A DNA stretch of 63,746 bases, counting the filler, from Craspedostauros australis (Eukaryota): NCBI GenBank assembly GCA_030167865.1. It is 16 parts of 16 records of this genome, joined end to end, with 100 filler letters (N's around TTAATTAATTAA, not from the genome) between each part and the next. Parts side by side here need not be neighbours in the genome. Positions count along the whole stretch, not along the records: positions 12,375 to 16,947 come from JALAGF010006083.1; positions 17,048 to 23,654 come from JALAGF010006084.1; positions 23,755 to 27,857 come from JALAGF010006087.1; 13 more parts are not named here. One strand, written 5' to 3'. The position numbers and the translations under genes were made by a program. Within the stretch, counting starts at the first letter, position 1; each line of letters opens with the position of its first letter. Positions 12,754 through 25,499 of the stretch are shown here, piece after piece. The notes below the pieces were generated by a model. It did not search any database and was not told the origin of the DNA. It saw only the letters and a list, made by a program, of their open reading frames with translations.

Positions 12754-15700
12754 TTAGTCCTTATTTTGTTCCTCCCTTTTCGCCATCAGTCTCCATCTCA
12801 TCCTCGTCCGAATCGCATCCCTCACTTCTTCCGGGACCATCTCTTCGTTCTCCGCGTGCCTCCTGGTGGTGTTGGCCTCGCACCACATTCTATTCTCTCT
12901 GTCCTCTTCCTCCATCTCTTCCTCTTCTTCACTCTGCTGCTGCTCTGCTGGCTTCGTACCTGATGGTTCCGCGACAGTTGCGGCTGTTGCAGGTGGTGAT
13001 GTCGATGCCATTTTGGTGTTGTTGTCGGTCGCACTTGGTGCCACGGTGGTTTTCTTCGCTGCGCGCTGTGCGTTGTTGTATGCTGCGGAAAGGTACGATT
13101 TCACGCGCATTGGACTTGCGTGCAACTGGATGTACCAATCGGTCTCCGTTCCCTCCAGCTCCATCACTCGGCGGTGCGCTTCGTGTTCTGTTGGTCGATT
13201 CTTCGGGTCCTTTTTGGCGGCTGTGCTCATTTCATCCAATTTCAGCAGTACGTACCGTGGTAACTCCGCGTTGCTGCGCGTTGTTTTCACTGCCCAGCCC
13301 TTCACCGCGAGTCGAGGGATTTCTGCTTCCGCGGTCTGGTCTTTCAAATTTGCGGTGTGGTCGTGTGGTAGCTCTCCTTGCCCCATGTTCAGTGCGTCGC
13401 GAAAGACGAGCGCTTTGCTCTCCACTGCAGTAGAGCCGCGCTTTCGCGTCTTCTTCTTCTTCTTCGGCGATTCGGCGGTGAACGGTTCCTTTCCTGACGT
13501 GTGCGTCGCGATGGTGCGGACACCCAGCTGGTTGATTTCCCATTCCTCCCATTCGGCACACGGGACAAGAACGTCGTCTGTGACACCAGATGCTGCCACC
13601 AAATTCGCCTCGTCGTCTCCAAACTTGACCTCGTGCGTTTGGCGCACCTTTTGCCCTTTCGCGCAGAAACGCTTCTTCGGCATTCCAGGGAAGCTCAGGA
13701 CGCGCCCCTCAAGGCATTCTGCGTCCACCAAAACCGTGGTTGTTCCTGCGATGTTGCCAGCTTCCAATGCGTCGAAAAGTTGGTGTTCCGTCTTGATGTC
13801 GTTGTCCTCCAGCACGTACGCTCGCAGTACAACAGTGATGTACGCAAAGTGCGTGTCGAGGCGGCTTTTTCCGGTTTGGGCTTCGGTGTAGATCCAGGCA
13901 GAAATCTTTGGGACATTTCATGTTCCAAGGTTCTTGTTGAGCACTGATGTTATCAGTGGCATGTGCTCGTGGCTCGCGAAACAAGACGCGTTATCGGATT
14001 GGATGACAATTTCAGTGACCGATGGAAGCAGTTTTCTCACCTGTTGTTGCACAATTTCGAGAAGCCCGCCAACTTGCAGGGTGTCTTGTGTTGGCCTCCC
14101 CTTTACGATGATATCGATGAAGCGATAAGTGAAAATGTCATTGTGACACATTATCACCATCGCGCCCAACAGAGACATGCCCTTCTTGCCCCAGTATTCT
14201 TGTTGAGCTTCGCCTTGGCCAGTCGGAAGAATTTTCTGCTTGTGGTCGAGCACCACATGCGCACGATCCTCTCTGTTGTTGATATTTTTGAGGCACTGCT
14301 CAATTTGTCCAAATTGAACCTTGCTGCGCACTTTGTGTGCCATGTACCACAGTATTTCGTTGTTGAACCTTGGTGCAGCATTGAGCATTGACTCCAATTC
14401 TGTCGCGTGTTCCGCAAGGTGATCTTCCATAAGCGATGTCACAAAAGGGACATATCGGTCGTCCACAAAACGCATCACCCCTGCACAACGGTTGCATACT
14501 CCAGTGTGCTGTTTGTCTGTGGGGACGCGAGGCTGTTCATTATTGTCAGTGGTGGTGTCATTGGCAGCGGCATCTGTCACACAAGTGATGTCAGGAATAT
14601 CAATAGTGATGGTTGGAGTGTCATTGGTGGCAGAAGCAATGTTGTTTGTTCAAGTGTTCTTCTTCCTGAGCTTGTGCTTGTTGGTACGTGCTCGGATTGT
14701 TGTCTTCTTCTTCTCGTTGGGCGTGAGCGCGAATTGAGCTGAGTGGAGTGGGTCATTACACTCCATCTGCATGTGAGAGGCAGTGAATTCCCATTTGACG
14801 AAGACAACAAGAAGCTCCAACGCATACAAAAGTGACTCGGCTGTGCGCACATGCTGGGAAATCATGTCATTCTCGTCCTCGGCATCGTTTGTTGCAGGAT
14901 ACTTAGCCTTCAAAAGTGTGACGAGGCGCGAGATCGTGCGTTTGAGAGTGAGCATCGCCAGCAAGAAGTGGCTCTCGAAGGAAGACAGTCCTGTGTTCAC
15001 TTTGCCACGTCGTGTTAGTAGCTTCGTCATCTCCTTAAATGCTGGCTTGCCCACCGGGTTGGTAGTGGTCGTCTTGTACATGTCGAATAGCGCCATGACG
15101 CTTTTTCCTCCACGATCGAAGACTGGAACGTTGTCGAATACAACTCCTTCCCACTCCACTGCGTGGCACAAGCCAGCCTTGTACGTGGTCGTAGTGCAGA
15201 GAAAGGACACCACGCCAGACAAAGCACATGCAGTCACACGGTATTGGAGAACTTTGGGAGGAATGGTTTCCCCATCGCTCAACATGTCATGGTAACGATG
15301 CAATGTGTTATGTTGGCTTTTTGTGACAGTTAATCGATTGCTATGTACATGCAGGCGTTCTTCCTCCGGCAATCCATTGGCGTATCCAGTGAGAATATCT
15401 GTGCATGCTTTTGGAGATGCAGACTTCGCGAGAACGGCTCTCGCACAGAGGTGCATGAGCTTGCTCCCTCCAACACATATGCGGAACAGATTTGGTGCAA
15501 GCGTCAGTGGTGGCAGCGCTTGCCCAGCTCGGACAAATTGCACCACCTCATGCATCTGGCCAGTTGGTGTCGCTTCTTTTGGGAGCAACACACCCCAGAG
15601 CGCAGAAGCAATTGGCGCCCACAGCCGTTTGATGTTGCACCAGACTTGCTTGTTGTGTTTTCCTCCAAGTGCGAATCCCGTCTTTGGCATACAGTCGAAC

Positions 15701-16599
15701 GCTTTTGGAGAAAGGCCAGACTTAACCAAACCTGCGACGCGGACCAACGCATCGCGACGCCATCCTCTCACCGTTTTGTTGATGATTCTGTTGCGTCCTG
15801 TTCGCTTCCTCCTGCAATCACGGCCATCCACGTAGTCGTCGTCGCTGTCAACGTCAACACGGGTGGAAGCGCCTCCAGCGACAGCGTTGGCATGTTGTGC
15901 AGTGCTTGCGCAGGTAGTTGGTTTGGCAGGAGACTCAACAGGAGGTGGCACGTTCACGCTGACGTCTACCACTGTGATAGCACCGACACCTTGTCCCACT
16001 GTACGCAGTGTGACCGTTGGTGTATCAAAAATGACACCAGCCACACTGGACAGGCGCACNTCAACGCGCAGGTTAGCGGCATCGACATGCGCCAAAGTTG
16101 GAACAAGGTTGCTGTCCACTGGAAGCATCGGCTTCACCTCGATCGCGTGAGTGATGTTGGTGGGCTTCCGCAATCCAGCAGACAGCTTGTCAGGCAACAG
16201 CTGCTTACGAGTAGGTGCCAAGTTGCCATTTGAATCAAAAGGAGAATCGAGAGGGGCAGCACAGGAACGAGGCTTCTTACGAGGAGATGGGCTTTCGCCC
16301 TTGATTGTTGCTTTGNNNNNNNNNNNNNNNNNNNNNNNNNNNNNNNNNNNNNNNNNNNNNNNNNNTGGAACAAGGTTGCTGTCCACTGGAAGCATCGGCT
16401 TCACCTCGATCGCGTGAGTGATGTTGGTGGGCTTCCGCAATCCAGCAGATAGCTTGTCAGGCAACAGCTGCTCACGAGTAGGTGCCAAGTTGCCATTCGA
16501 ATCAAAAGGAGAATCGAGAGGGGCAGCACAGGAACGAGGCTTCTTACGAGGAGATGGGCTTTCGCCCTTGATTGTTGCTTTGGCGGGGATGGAGGACAT
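12754..16599 (-). pseudogene. Large Sola-like (Sola3-type) DDD transposase, copy A; one frame broken by two in-frame TGA stops
   Basis: ORFs 14650..16743, 13918..14580 and 12754..13815 are in the same frame. Motifs VLDHKQKILP..EAQQEYWGKKGMSLLG, QSDNASCF, and WIYTEAQTGKSRLDTHF (read past the stop at 13918). Likely ATG at 16599. 16095-16315 is duplicated across the N gap. Confidence 0.8.
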
Positions 16600-16621
16600 G
16601 GTGTTGATGGTAGCAAAGGAG

Positions 16622-16622
16622 G

Positions 16623-16655
<33 letters not shown>
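16622..16655 (+). repeat. (GATT)n microsatellite just upstream of the likely copy A start codon
   Basis: Direct reading. Confidence 0.9.
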
Positions 16656-18004
16656 GCACGAATTGCACTGTAGAACGATGAATGAAAGCGAGGGGAGCAG
16701 GGGAAGCCGAAGGAGGTGTTGGATGAAGCAGCCAAAACAACAACCACCAATGTCATTTGTACTCTCACTCCTCTCAATACGACTGCATCACAACAGATGC
16801 AACAAGCATTGCCATGGCGGAGGCACCTCGGGAATGAAGCAAAAATGTGACGGTGGTTTTTGTGTCTGCGTGGCAACGATGTGTGCGTGCGCATGTGGTG
16901 ATGATGTGTGTGATGCCGACAAGCACAAAATGTCAATCGATTCCGCANNNNNNNNNNNNNNNNNNNNNNNNNNNNNNNNNNNNNNNNNNNNTTAATTAAT
17001 TAANNNNNNNNNNNNNNNNNNNNNNNNNNNNNNNNNNNNNNNNNNNNCTATGCTACAATAGAAATACGAGTACAGGAACACGCACAAGAGCTAAGTCCGG
17101 AGAGTTTAACTTTGGTTGATGCTGTTTTTGGCCTTTTTTTGTTCGGGACTTAAGTAGAAAATGTACTACATTCTACAGAGCAGTTTCTGTGATCCAAACA
17201 TCGCCAAACATCGCCAATTTGTTTGGCTACAGCCGGCTCTTTGAGGCACTAGAGCAGATCAAGACACTAGCAGGAGCCAAGACCGCAACTCCTCAGCTCA
17301 GCAATGTAATATCTCATAATATTAGCGAACAACATTGATTCACACACTACTCGTCTTATTGACAACGATGTCGTCATCAAAGTCTTTGTCCTCCCATGTT
17401 CCTGACTCATCTGAGCTTTCGTCCGCAAGTCTCTCGCCGCTCATTTGGTCCTGATCAGCACTTGATGCATGTTGGAAGCCTCCAAGTCGCAGCATGTCAC
17501 GAGGCGGCTGCTGATTGCGTCCGTGGTCAACTCCTGCCGTGGTCTCGAGCATTGGTGTGCTCAACACCTCATCTTGATTGCCTTCCTGTTGTTTCTGCTG
17601 TTGCTTTCTATCTTCGTCCTTGACGCTGTGCTTCCACATCGTCAAAGGATTTGTGTGTGCATGACTACCAGAGAGAGAGAGCCACCCACAAAGCGGAAGG
17701 AAGAACTGTTGCAAACGTGGATCAAGAGCGACACGACTGTACTTCAAACGTGCGTTCAGAAGTGCACGACTAAATCAACAGAATCCAAGGGGTCGAAGTG
17801 TTCGAATCCGGCTTGTCGGCATCAACAGAACGACGCCTTCGATTGTGTTCTTGGAACAGAAACCAGGATGTGAGGCGGAATGGTTTCCCTCGAAACCGAA
17901 AAGGCCTTCAACACGATGAAGTGGGCAATTGAGTTCGCTTGGCTGTGCGTCCGTGACATCATGCTTTGTCTGTGAACTGTGTGCCTCTCGATCCCGTTTA
18001 TTCT

Positions 18005-18086
18005 CTGGTTGACATGACGCTGGCCTGACATGACGCTGGTCTGACATGACGCTGGTTGACATGACGCTGGTTGACATGACGCTGGC
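18005..18086 (+). repeat. Five tandem 15-16-bp units GACATGACGCTGG(T/C)
   Basis: Direct reading; ends about 55 nt before the ATG at 18141. Confidence 0.9.
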
Positions 18087-18140
18087 ATAATCTGTTTCCT
18101 TCCACCAATACTCTACGCAATTGCAAACTCGACACTGAAG

Positions 18141-19793
18141 ATGACGATGAAGTTCTTCGATTTCGTGAGCTCCGAAGAGATCATATCCGCCTTTGATGAC
18201 GATGGTGATGGCGATGGGGTCAACGACCCGTGTTGGTCGCTCCTTCATGATGATGAAGTAGATCGGCTACTCGCGGTCGAAGCGCCGGCTGCTCTCAACG
18301 AAACAGTCGATGAGGAAAACCAGCAGCAGCAGCAACAACAACAACGACAGCAACATCGAGAGCCTTTGCAAGAGAACACAACTGGCGAATCGGTAGAGCA
18401 AGCATCAAGGCAAAGCACCAAGCGCGGTTGGGATGGGAACAGCACGGTTGCATCTCAGGATTCCGCGGACGATGTCATGCAGTCCCCGCCACCCGACCAA
18501 TTCGATGGAGAATTGCTGGATGCCGAAAGACAGCAGGCGCGCGAAATCAATGCGTTATCGCTTCAGGAGAGGGAGACGCTGTACGAGGATATCCATGGAG
18601 TTCGACGCCCAATCGAGGAAACCGAAGAATTCCGACAGGAACATTTGCAACGGTTGGAGACGGAGCTGACAGTGGGCCTCTACGACAGCAAGCGCAAGTA
18701 CAAGCTGCCGATCAAAAACACCGAGATCAAGGAGGCCTATATCATCACATCATTTCTGGCGCCGCGCATCACGTCTGATGTGAACCTGCGGCTCACGATG
18801 CTCAGAGCGACGCACTGGGACGTGCAAGAGGCAGCCATGAAGACCATGAAGTATTTCCATGCAAAGCAGAAGCTGTTTGGGAAGGAGGTCTGTCTGCGGC
18901 CGCTTGTATTCGGGGATCTGCAGCAGGATGCCCAAGAATCGATGGAACAAGGCGCTTTCAAGATACATGACGATGGTGAAGGCATCTGCTTTCGCCCCAT
19001 GATGCTCAACCTGACAAACCGCTGGAAGACAGGCACCGCGCTATCTCTGGCGCAGGCGATATTTTATTCGACGCACATGTTCGGACGGACAGTCCGTGCT
19101 CAGCAACGGGGCGTCGTTGGTATCATTTATACGATTGGGACGGACCTCGCCCATTTCAGAAGAGCGCTTGCGGCGGTTAGATTCAACATGATCGATGCGA
19201 CGCCGATGCGTCCCGCTGGGATGCATATGTGCTTTTCCAACACCCGTATCAAGCCGGTCTTATCGGCTGTGTTGAAAGCCTTGCCCAAAGCATTTCGAAT
19301 TCGATTCAAGTTGCACTTTGGGTCACCCCGGGAATGCAACAGAGAATTGATGACGTACGGGGTGCCTGCGAGCTTGTTGCCGGACGAAGACAGCATAGCT
19401 TGCGGTGGGGTGGCTGTACCTGAGATGATCACCAAGTGCTTGGCACGCGATCGAGATGCGTTGCAGAGATACTATGCAGGCAAGCCAAAGGAATGCATCG
19501 AAGGTCAGCCGCAACCGAGAGACATACTGCTGGGAAGAGGCCGCCCATATCAAAAATATCCCGGCAACATGGACTTCGCTCAGCTGCTGCAGAAGCGCAA
19601 GACATCGTACAACGACCCGCTGAAGACCAAGTCGGAAAAGACGGAGCTGACGAAGCAGTTGGTGAAGGAGTTGCGTGATGCTGGCGTGCGCTTTCTGAAA
19701 CGCGACAAATCTGGAGATTGGTGGCAAGAGGTCCCCGACACCGTGGCCAGGGAACGCGTGGCGATGAGTCTGCGCAACCTGTCGAGGAAGTGA
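18141..19793 (+). CDS. Diatom-type protein with a CRAL-TRIO-like middle region and a C-terminal DUF6824-like domain
   Basis: Uninterrupted 550-aa ORF. LSLQERETLYEDIHGV, FRIRFKLHFGS..EC..ELMTYGVP, and PRDILLGRG..YPGN..F...RFL..W.EV....ARERV..SLR match this diatom-expanded family. Confidence 0.85.
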   Translation: MTMKFFDFVSSEEIISAFDDDGDGDGVNDPCWSLLHDDEVDRLLAVEAPAALNETVDEENQQQQQQQQRQQHREPLQENTTGESVEQASRQSTKRGWDGNSTVASQDSADDVMQSPPPDQFDGELLDAERQQAREINALSLQERETLYEDIHGVRRPIEETEEFRQEHLQRLETELTVGLYDSKRKYKLPIKNTEIKEAYIITSFLAPRITSDVNLRLTMLRATHWDVQEAAMKTMKYFHAKQKLFGKEVCLRPLVFGDLQQDAQESMEQGAFKIHDDGEGICFRPMMLNLTNRWKTGTALSLAQAIFYSTHMFGRTVRAQQRGVVGIIYTIGTDLAHFRRALAAVRFNMIDATPMRPAGMHMCFSNTRIKPVLSAVLKALPKAFRIRFKLHFGSPRECNRELMTYGVPASLLPDEDSIACGGVAVPEMITKCLARDRDALQRYYAGKPKECIEGQPQPRDILLGRGRPYQKYPGNMDFAQLLQKRKTSYNDPLKTKSEKTELTKQLVKELRDAGVRFLKRDKSGDWWQEVPDTVARERVAMSLRNLSRK

Positions 19794-20879
19794 GAGGACT
19801 GCGGAGAGTACGCCAGAAATGCATTGCACTGTAATATAATAGTGATTTTTCCCCACGATAGAGGACCCCCCTTGCGCCAGGACGCAGATTTTTACTAGCG
19901 GTGTGCGTGAACTGTTGCGCCCTGACGCAAACGAAAAATAACGCGACGATTTGTCGCGACGTTTAATCGTGATAGACTCGTTCGACTAAATGGCAAACAA
20001 AACCCTTCCCACATCGAGTGTTTCTTCGTGTTGTTTTGGGTTCTCATGCCACCACCCGATTCTTCGTGTTGTTTGTTGCGCTGCACAATATCGCATGCTT
20101 TTGTGTGCATTCCATCCCAGACACTATACTTTTGCTTGTTGTTGTTTGGAGAGTAATTATGAATAGGAAGCTGCCTCTTCCAACTCGTTCGTGCAATGTA
20201 ACTGCCAAGGAACAATCTACAGTCTTTATTTGAAACCTACAGGTATCCGGTGGCTGCAATGTTCAACTGATTCCTTTCCTTTCTTCGATGTTGGTCGAAC
20301 ATGCGACCCTCTCAGCTCCCTCCTCGTGTCGTCGCGTGGTTGCTCCAGTTACTATGAATGTATCCAGTGCCGTATTCATATCTTCAGTGGCTGACCATGT
20401 GTGTCAAGATGTACATGTGAGTATCTGTCAAGATGTACGTGTATATGTGCATCGTTCACCCGTTAATCTCTCATACGCACTTGGACGGTACAACTACATT
20501 CGTGTCAATAGTATGCTGTGATTCGTCAGAATTACAGTGGAAATGGAACACACGAAAATGNNNNNNNNNNNNNNNNNNNNNNNNNNNNNNNNNNNNNNNN
20601 NNNNNNNNNNNNNNNNNNNNNNNNNNNNNNNNNNNNNNNNNNNNNNNNNNNNATCTCGAGGTACTTCCCAACTAAACCTCAGATGACAATATCATCTGAC
20701 AGACTGCTGCATCACCAATGGAACATGACATCTGGAAAGCAGAAGGACACCTACTGACGTTGACAGGATGTCATCATGTCACCACGTCGACATCTGTCTC
20801 CAAGTCAGAGCAGGAGGCGAAGATCCGATGACTGAAGGACATCAGGATCATGGATACAGAAGGTGAACTTCAAATGGTA

Positions 20880-21204
20880 AGTACTCATGGAGTAGGAACC
20901 AGTACTGAATGAACGGAGTGTTGAATGCGGAGTACGCATCGAACACAGAGTGTCGTGTAGCATGAGCACACGATGTTGAGAGAGAGAGAGAGAGAGAATA
21001 CGAAGAATAGCAAGAGAGCATCTCGTGTACCAACTCATAGTCCGAGACTGAATCTATGAAACAGATTGAAGCACTGAGAGCATCAGACAAGAGAACAAAC
21101 ACCAAGAGGATTGGAGTGCCAACATATTGAAATAGCAAACAGAACGACTATCAACAATACCGTCTTCCACGATCATAGGCTTCCAATCATAGAACTTGCC
21201 AACA
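20880..21204 (+). mobile_element. Diverged copy of LTR family 1 (3' part, ends ...aacttgccaaca)
   Basis: Colinear similarity to 30329-30652 with several CpG->TpG/CpA changes; the other end could not be located. Confidence 0.8.
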
Positions 21205-23561
21205 AAAGAAGGCTGATCTGGTCAAGCTGGAGAAGACGTAGACAGCAACATCATGGAGGGATACTTCGAGCTCCTCGATCTGTGGGAGGTTGTGATTGCG
21301 GACAAAGTTCGTTTCAAGTGACTTGGCAGCCTGCTCAGTGGTCATCTTGATACCACTGTCCATGAGGTTCATCTGGTTGATTCTGCATGGTTGGTCGGCT
21401 ATGAGGCTTTAGCAAGTTGCTGAAGTTGGTATCATCATAGAACGCCTTCCTCTTGCTTCTTCGATTGTATGTAGATATCATCAGTCAGATCAATCCAAAG
21501 GAGATGTGGTTGCGATGCCTGGGAGGTTTGCACAGTAAGTTATGCTGACCATGTAGTCCAATAACGTTGCACTGTTGAGAAAACCATCATTGTTCGAAGC
21601 AACATCAGCATCGCGATCAACACCAATGCCAACACCAATGCCAACGTCAACACCAACACCAACAATGGCACTCATGGAGGTGGCAACTATCTCACGTAGC
21701 ATCCATGAACCCATGTTGGCTTCATTTCCAATTGGTGATCCTCTCGTTGCTGATGAGGGTTGTAGATCCGCACAGGCGAGCTGTCTCTCTTGCTTTGTGC
21801 ATGTCCATGATGGCTTGAAGCCTCCAACCCTCTTGATGCTAAAGCATAGTACGAGTGCGAGTGGACCACCCAAACAGTCTTCTCCTCCCACCACCACCAT
21901 GCGCAACCGCGTCTTCTTTGCAGCGCGTTCGCGTGATGGCAACCACAACACCGAAGTCGCCGTGTTTGGTTTTGGCGCGCTTTTTGACACGATTGATGTT
22001 GAAGCACTATCATAGTCCTTCAGGTCGCCGAAACAACAGATCTGGCGAAACACAGCGAAGGTTGTCGGCGTGTATTTCCCCCACGTCGTTGGTGGTGGTG
22101 GTGGTGGTGGTGGCAGAAGAGAACAACAGATGCATGATGTGATGTAATGCAATGCGATGGATGAGCAGAGAGGAGGAGATAGTGGCCATGACAACGATAC
22201 GAGTGAAGAGCAAGGCTGGAAGACACCAGAGACAGAGATGTAGATCGGTGTACATCGCCATGTTCATACCATTTCGATCAGGCGATGCACTGTGCTCCGG
22301 CCCTCTCTCTCTCTCTCTCTCGCTCTGGAGACGCACTCCAGCACCAACAGCAGATCTATTGGCATCTTCGCCTTCCACATTGGAGGTCATTGGCCATGAG
22401 CAGACACAACATCTGTGCATCGTCTGCTGTATGATTTCAATGCATGGCCTAGTATCATTGATGGTGAAGTGGTGGATCTGAAGCTCTGCTTTCACTTCAT
22501 GTCAAGCCTGTGTCGGAATGTGTGTACTCGGATGTGTATGCATCAGTCACACTTGCGCGCCATCATCCAGAATATGTGGTGGCGGAATCACGACACAAAA
22601 CTATGACGTCACAGCGTATTAGCGCACGCTAAATCTCTAACAATAGCGACACCCGTCGACCAATCAGAAATCTTCACTTTTCTTACCTTTTCCGTTCCGA
22701 ACGGAAATTTTGGTCGAAAATCTGTTGTGTCAGATTTGTGTCGCATTTCGCGTCGCAAGAATCGTTTTCCCTCAATCACAGATCCAAAAATGTCGTGGAA
22801 ATTGATTTCTTGCCAAGATGAACCAATCTGCCCAATCAGGACAGACTTGGATCTTGGGTGTGACACGTGCGAATCTTGTCCTGACCTTCTCAAGTGAATA
22901 CGATCAATCGTGTGATCGTACTACTAGCAACATCGTGAGAAGANNNNNNNNNNNNNNNNGGCTATCGCGGTGTTTTGTTCATTGACTTTTGCACCTCATC
23001 TTCACGCAGTAACACGCACATTTGCCGTGTTGTCTCCGTGTTAATTTTACTTGCAATTTGCATGAGACCTGTCATGTCTCTCTCATGCTCACAGTTCCAA
23101 GATAACAATCTTGTGAGCTCGATAGCATCTATACTACCATACGAATAACACTCAAATAACAAACACTCATCCTCACCCCAACAACGATCTGATCACTCTA
23201 CGTTTCGGTGCGGAATCCCATCTTCGATTTCGTTCTACCAGATTAACAGTCGCAAGCTTTCACCTACTGAATTGATTGCGTGACAATCCATCCATCCTTC
23301 ATCCCTCGTCCATCCACGAGCGATCCNNNNNNNNNNNNNNNNNNNNNNNNNNNNNNNNNNNNNNNNNNNNNNNNNNNNNNNNNNNNNNNNNNNNNNNNNN
23401 NNNNNNNNNNNNNNNNNNNNNNNNNNNNNNNNNNNNNNNNNNNNAGACTTCCTGCAGCACCCTCCCGCACCAGAAGACGATTCAGTCAGTGCACTCCAGC
23501 CTCAGCTATCCTTCAGCCTCCAGCATCCTCATCCACTCGCTCCATCCATCCATCGCCAATC

Positions 23562-23654
23562 ATGTCGACCCCTGAGATGGACCTCGCCACCCTGGATCAC
23601 ATCCTCGGTGTCATTGGCATTCCTTTGGACTCCACTCCTCGCGATATCATCGCC
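23562..23654 (+). mobile_element. Possible Copia gag N-terminus, cut by the scaffold end
   Basis: MSTPEMDLATLDHILGVIGIPLDSTP resembles diatom Copia gag starts; short and uncertain. Confidence 0.35.
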
Positions 23655-25499
23655 NNNNNNNNNNNNNNNNNNNNNNNNNNNNNNNNNNNNNNNNNNNNTT
23701 AATTAATTAANNNNNNNNNNNNNNNNNNNNNNNNNNNNNNNNNNNNNNNNNNNNGCCACAAGCACAGCACACCACCGCAGAAAAGCAAAACTCGATTTGG
23801 CGGCAAAATGTGAGGAGATTGGTGACATGTGACGAGAGCCAAATTTGAATTTGAATGTTAACGTTAACTAACGGTTTGTTATTTCAAAAACGTGTTTGGA
23901 CAAGTTGAACAACGGCGTCGCTGAAATGTCAAATTCCGTGCGCAACCCGTCAAAAAAATGTCTCTCCCGAACGTGTCTGCGCACATTGCGTTGTTTGCAT
24001 CGGAAAAGCTAATCAATGCCTTGCGATCATCACGGAGCAGTGTTCATATTCGACCAAGAGGACCGTAAATCTACAAAGGTCGATAAAAATTAAAATAAGA
24101 CATTAAAGCAAAATCGGCGTCCACTATGATTCTTATATTTTTCTCTAGTTTATGAATATGTGAGTGGCTTGGCTGAAAGCCCCGTAAGTTGCCACCCCTC
24201 CAGGACCGACTGCAGGTCCCGTCACACAACCGGGTCATAAGAGCCCATTCAGTCACAAACCAACGAGTCGCGGGGGGAGCAGTCTACATGCGTTTTCAGG
24301 TTATTGCAGAATATTATGCANCNTNTTGTGAAGTATATATAAAAAAATGTCCGAGGTGGATCATCATTATATTAGATAAGTTATGGGCTGCTGTGGGTTT
24401 CAGGTAGACTCTTTGTAGGCACGCACGAAGTGAAGACGAACGGATGGTGTCAGAACACGATTTCGTTGATGGGGCTTCGGATCGACGAGAAATACAGCAT
24501 CACAGTTGCCAGCTGGTGGTTTCTGGTGGATTCCGAAGAGGGACGCTAGCGCTAAGTAGCGAGAAGCCTTGAAACCTTTTTGTTGATCTTCGAAGATGTC
24601 AAAGAAGACAAGATTGATCTTTTTGGGGCAACGAGAGAACATCAACGTTAAACATGAATCATCCTTTGTATGTGCTTCTTTCGTGCGTTCTCTGTTTGAC
24701 TCGTGCTGGAGAATATTCGAATTATTTTGATCCAATCGTTGTGTTTCCTACTGATCAACAGTTTGGGGGTCATGCGTACAGACGGATGTTCTGCCATGTA
24801 CATAGCACCAGAATGAAATGACGATCGTGTGGTTCCGCTTCTGCTCCCATTCCTGTCTCACCAAAAGACGCGCCGAATTGGTTGCATCTGCAGGCGTGCT
24901 TTATGACCGTCGCAACGAAATGTCAGGAGAGCGGGACGAAATGATTGGACAGAGAATCAAATGATGACGTTTGATAGTGTCAACGACGAAATCAAGTGAA
25001 CAATCATCTCATTTTGAATGTGAACCTGCATCACACACGTATCACACATGTAGACATCATGTAGACAAGTTCTTTTGAGAACGAACTCTATTGTAGGACG
25101 TGACGCAAGCCAATATGTAAACTGAACACCCTTGCTCCAAAGCGATGATGAGCGGGAGGATTCCACCATTTCCCTCCCCCAGCTTCCTCACTACCACCCA
25201 GAAGACTACAGTCACTTCAATGCTTCATCAATGCTCTACTTCTGAGGTTCGAAATGATGGTGTCATATATATACCTCACTGATTATAACCGTTAAGTTAT
25301 GCGCTGGGTGGCGCTTTGATTCTGCCTTGTTTATTCTCCATGTCTGCACGCAGTGGGAACGGATGTGTCAGTATTATGATTGTGTTGGGAGAGAGGGCTG
25401 TGTCCATTAGTCAGGTCTGTTTGCTGGCGATGTTGTGGTGGCAGGGGAATCGTCTCAGGGTGCTATCCGCCTATAGTTCCATTTCCAGTTCACAAGCAC

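Noticed and set aside
12642..13891. Long plus-strand ORFs (263 and 341 aa) and similar antisense ORFs over other genes
   Set aside because: Shadow frames of the real coding strand, with no recognisable motifs
17340..17747. Divergent gene upstream of the DUF6824 gene
   Set aside because: Low-complexity acidic ORF with no domain or splice evidence; may be an exon but is unsupported
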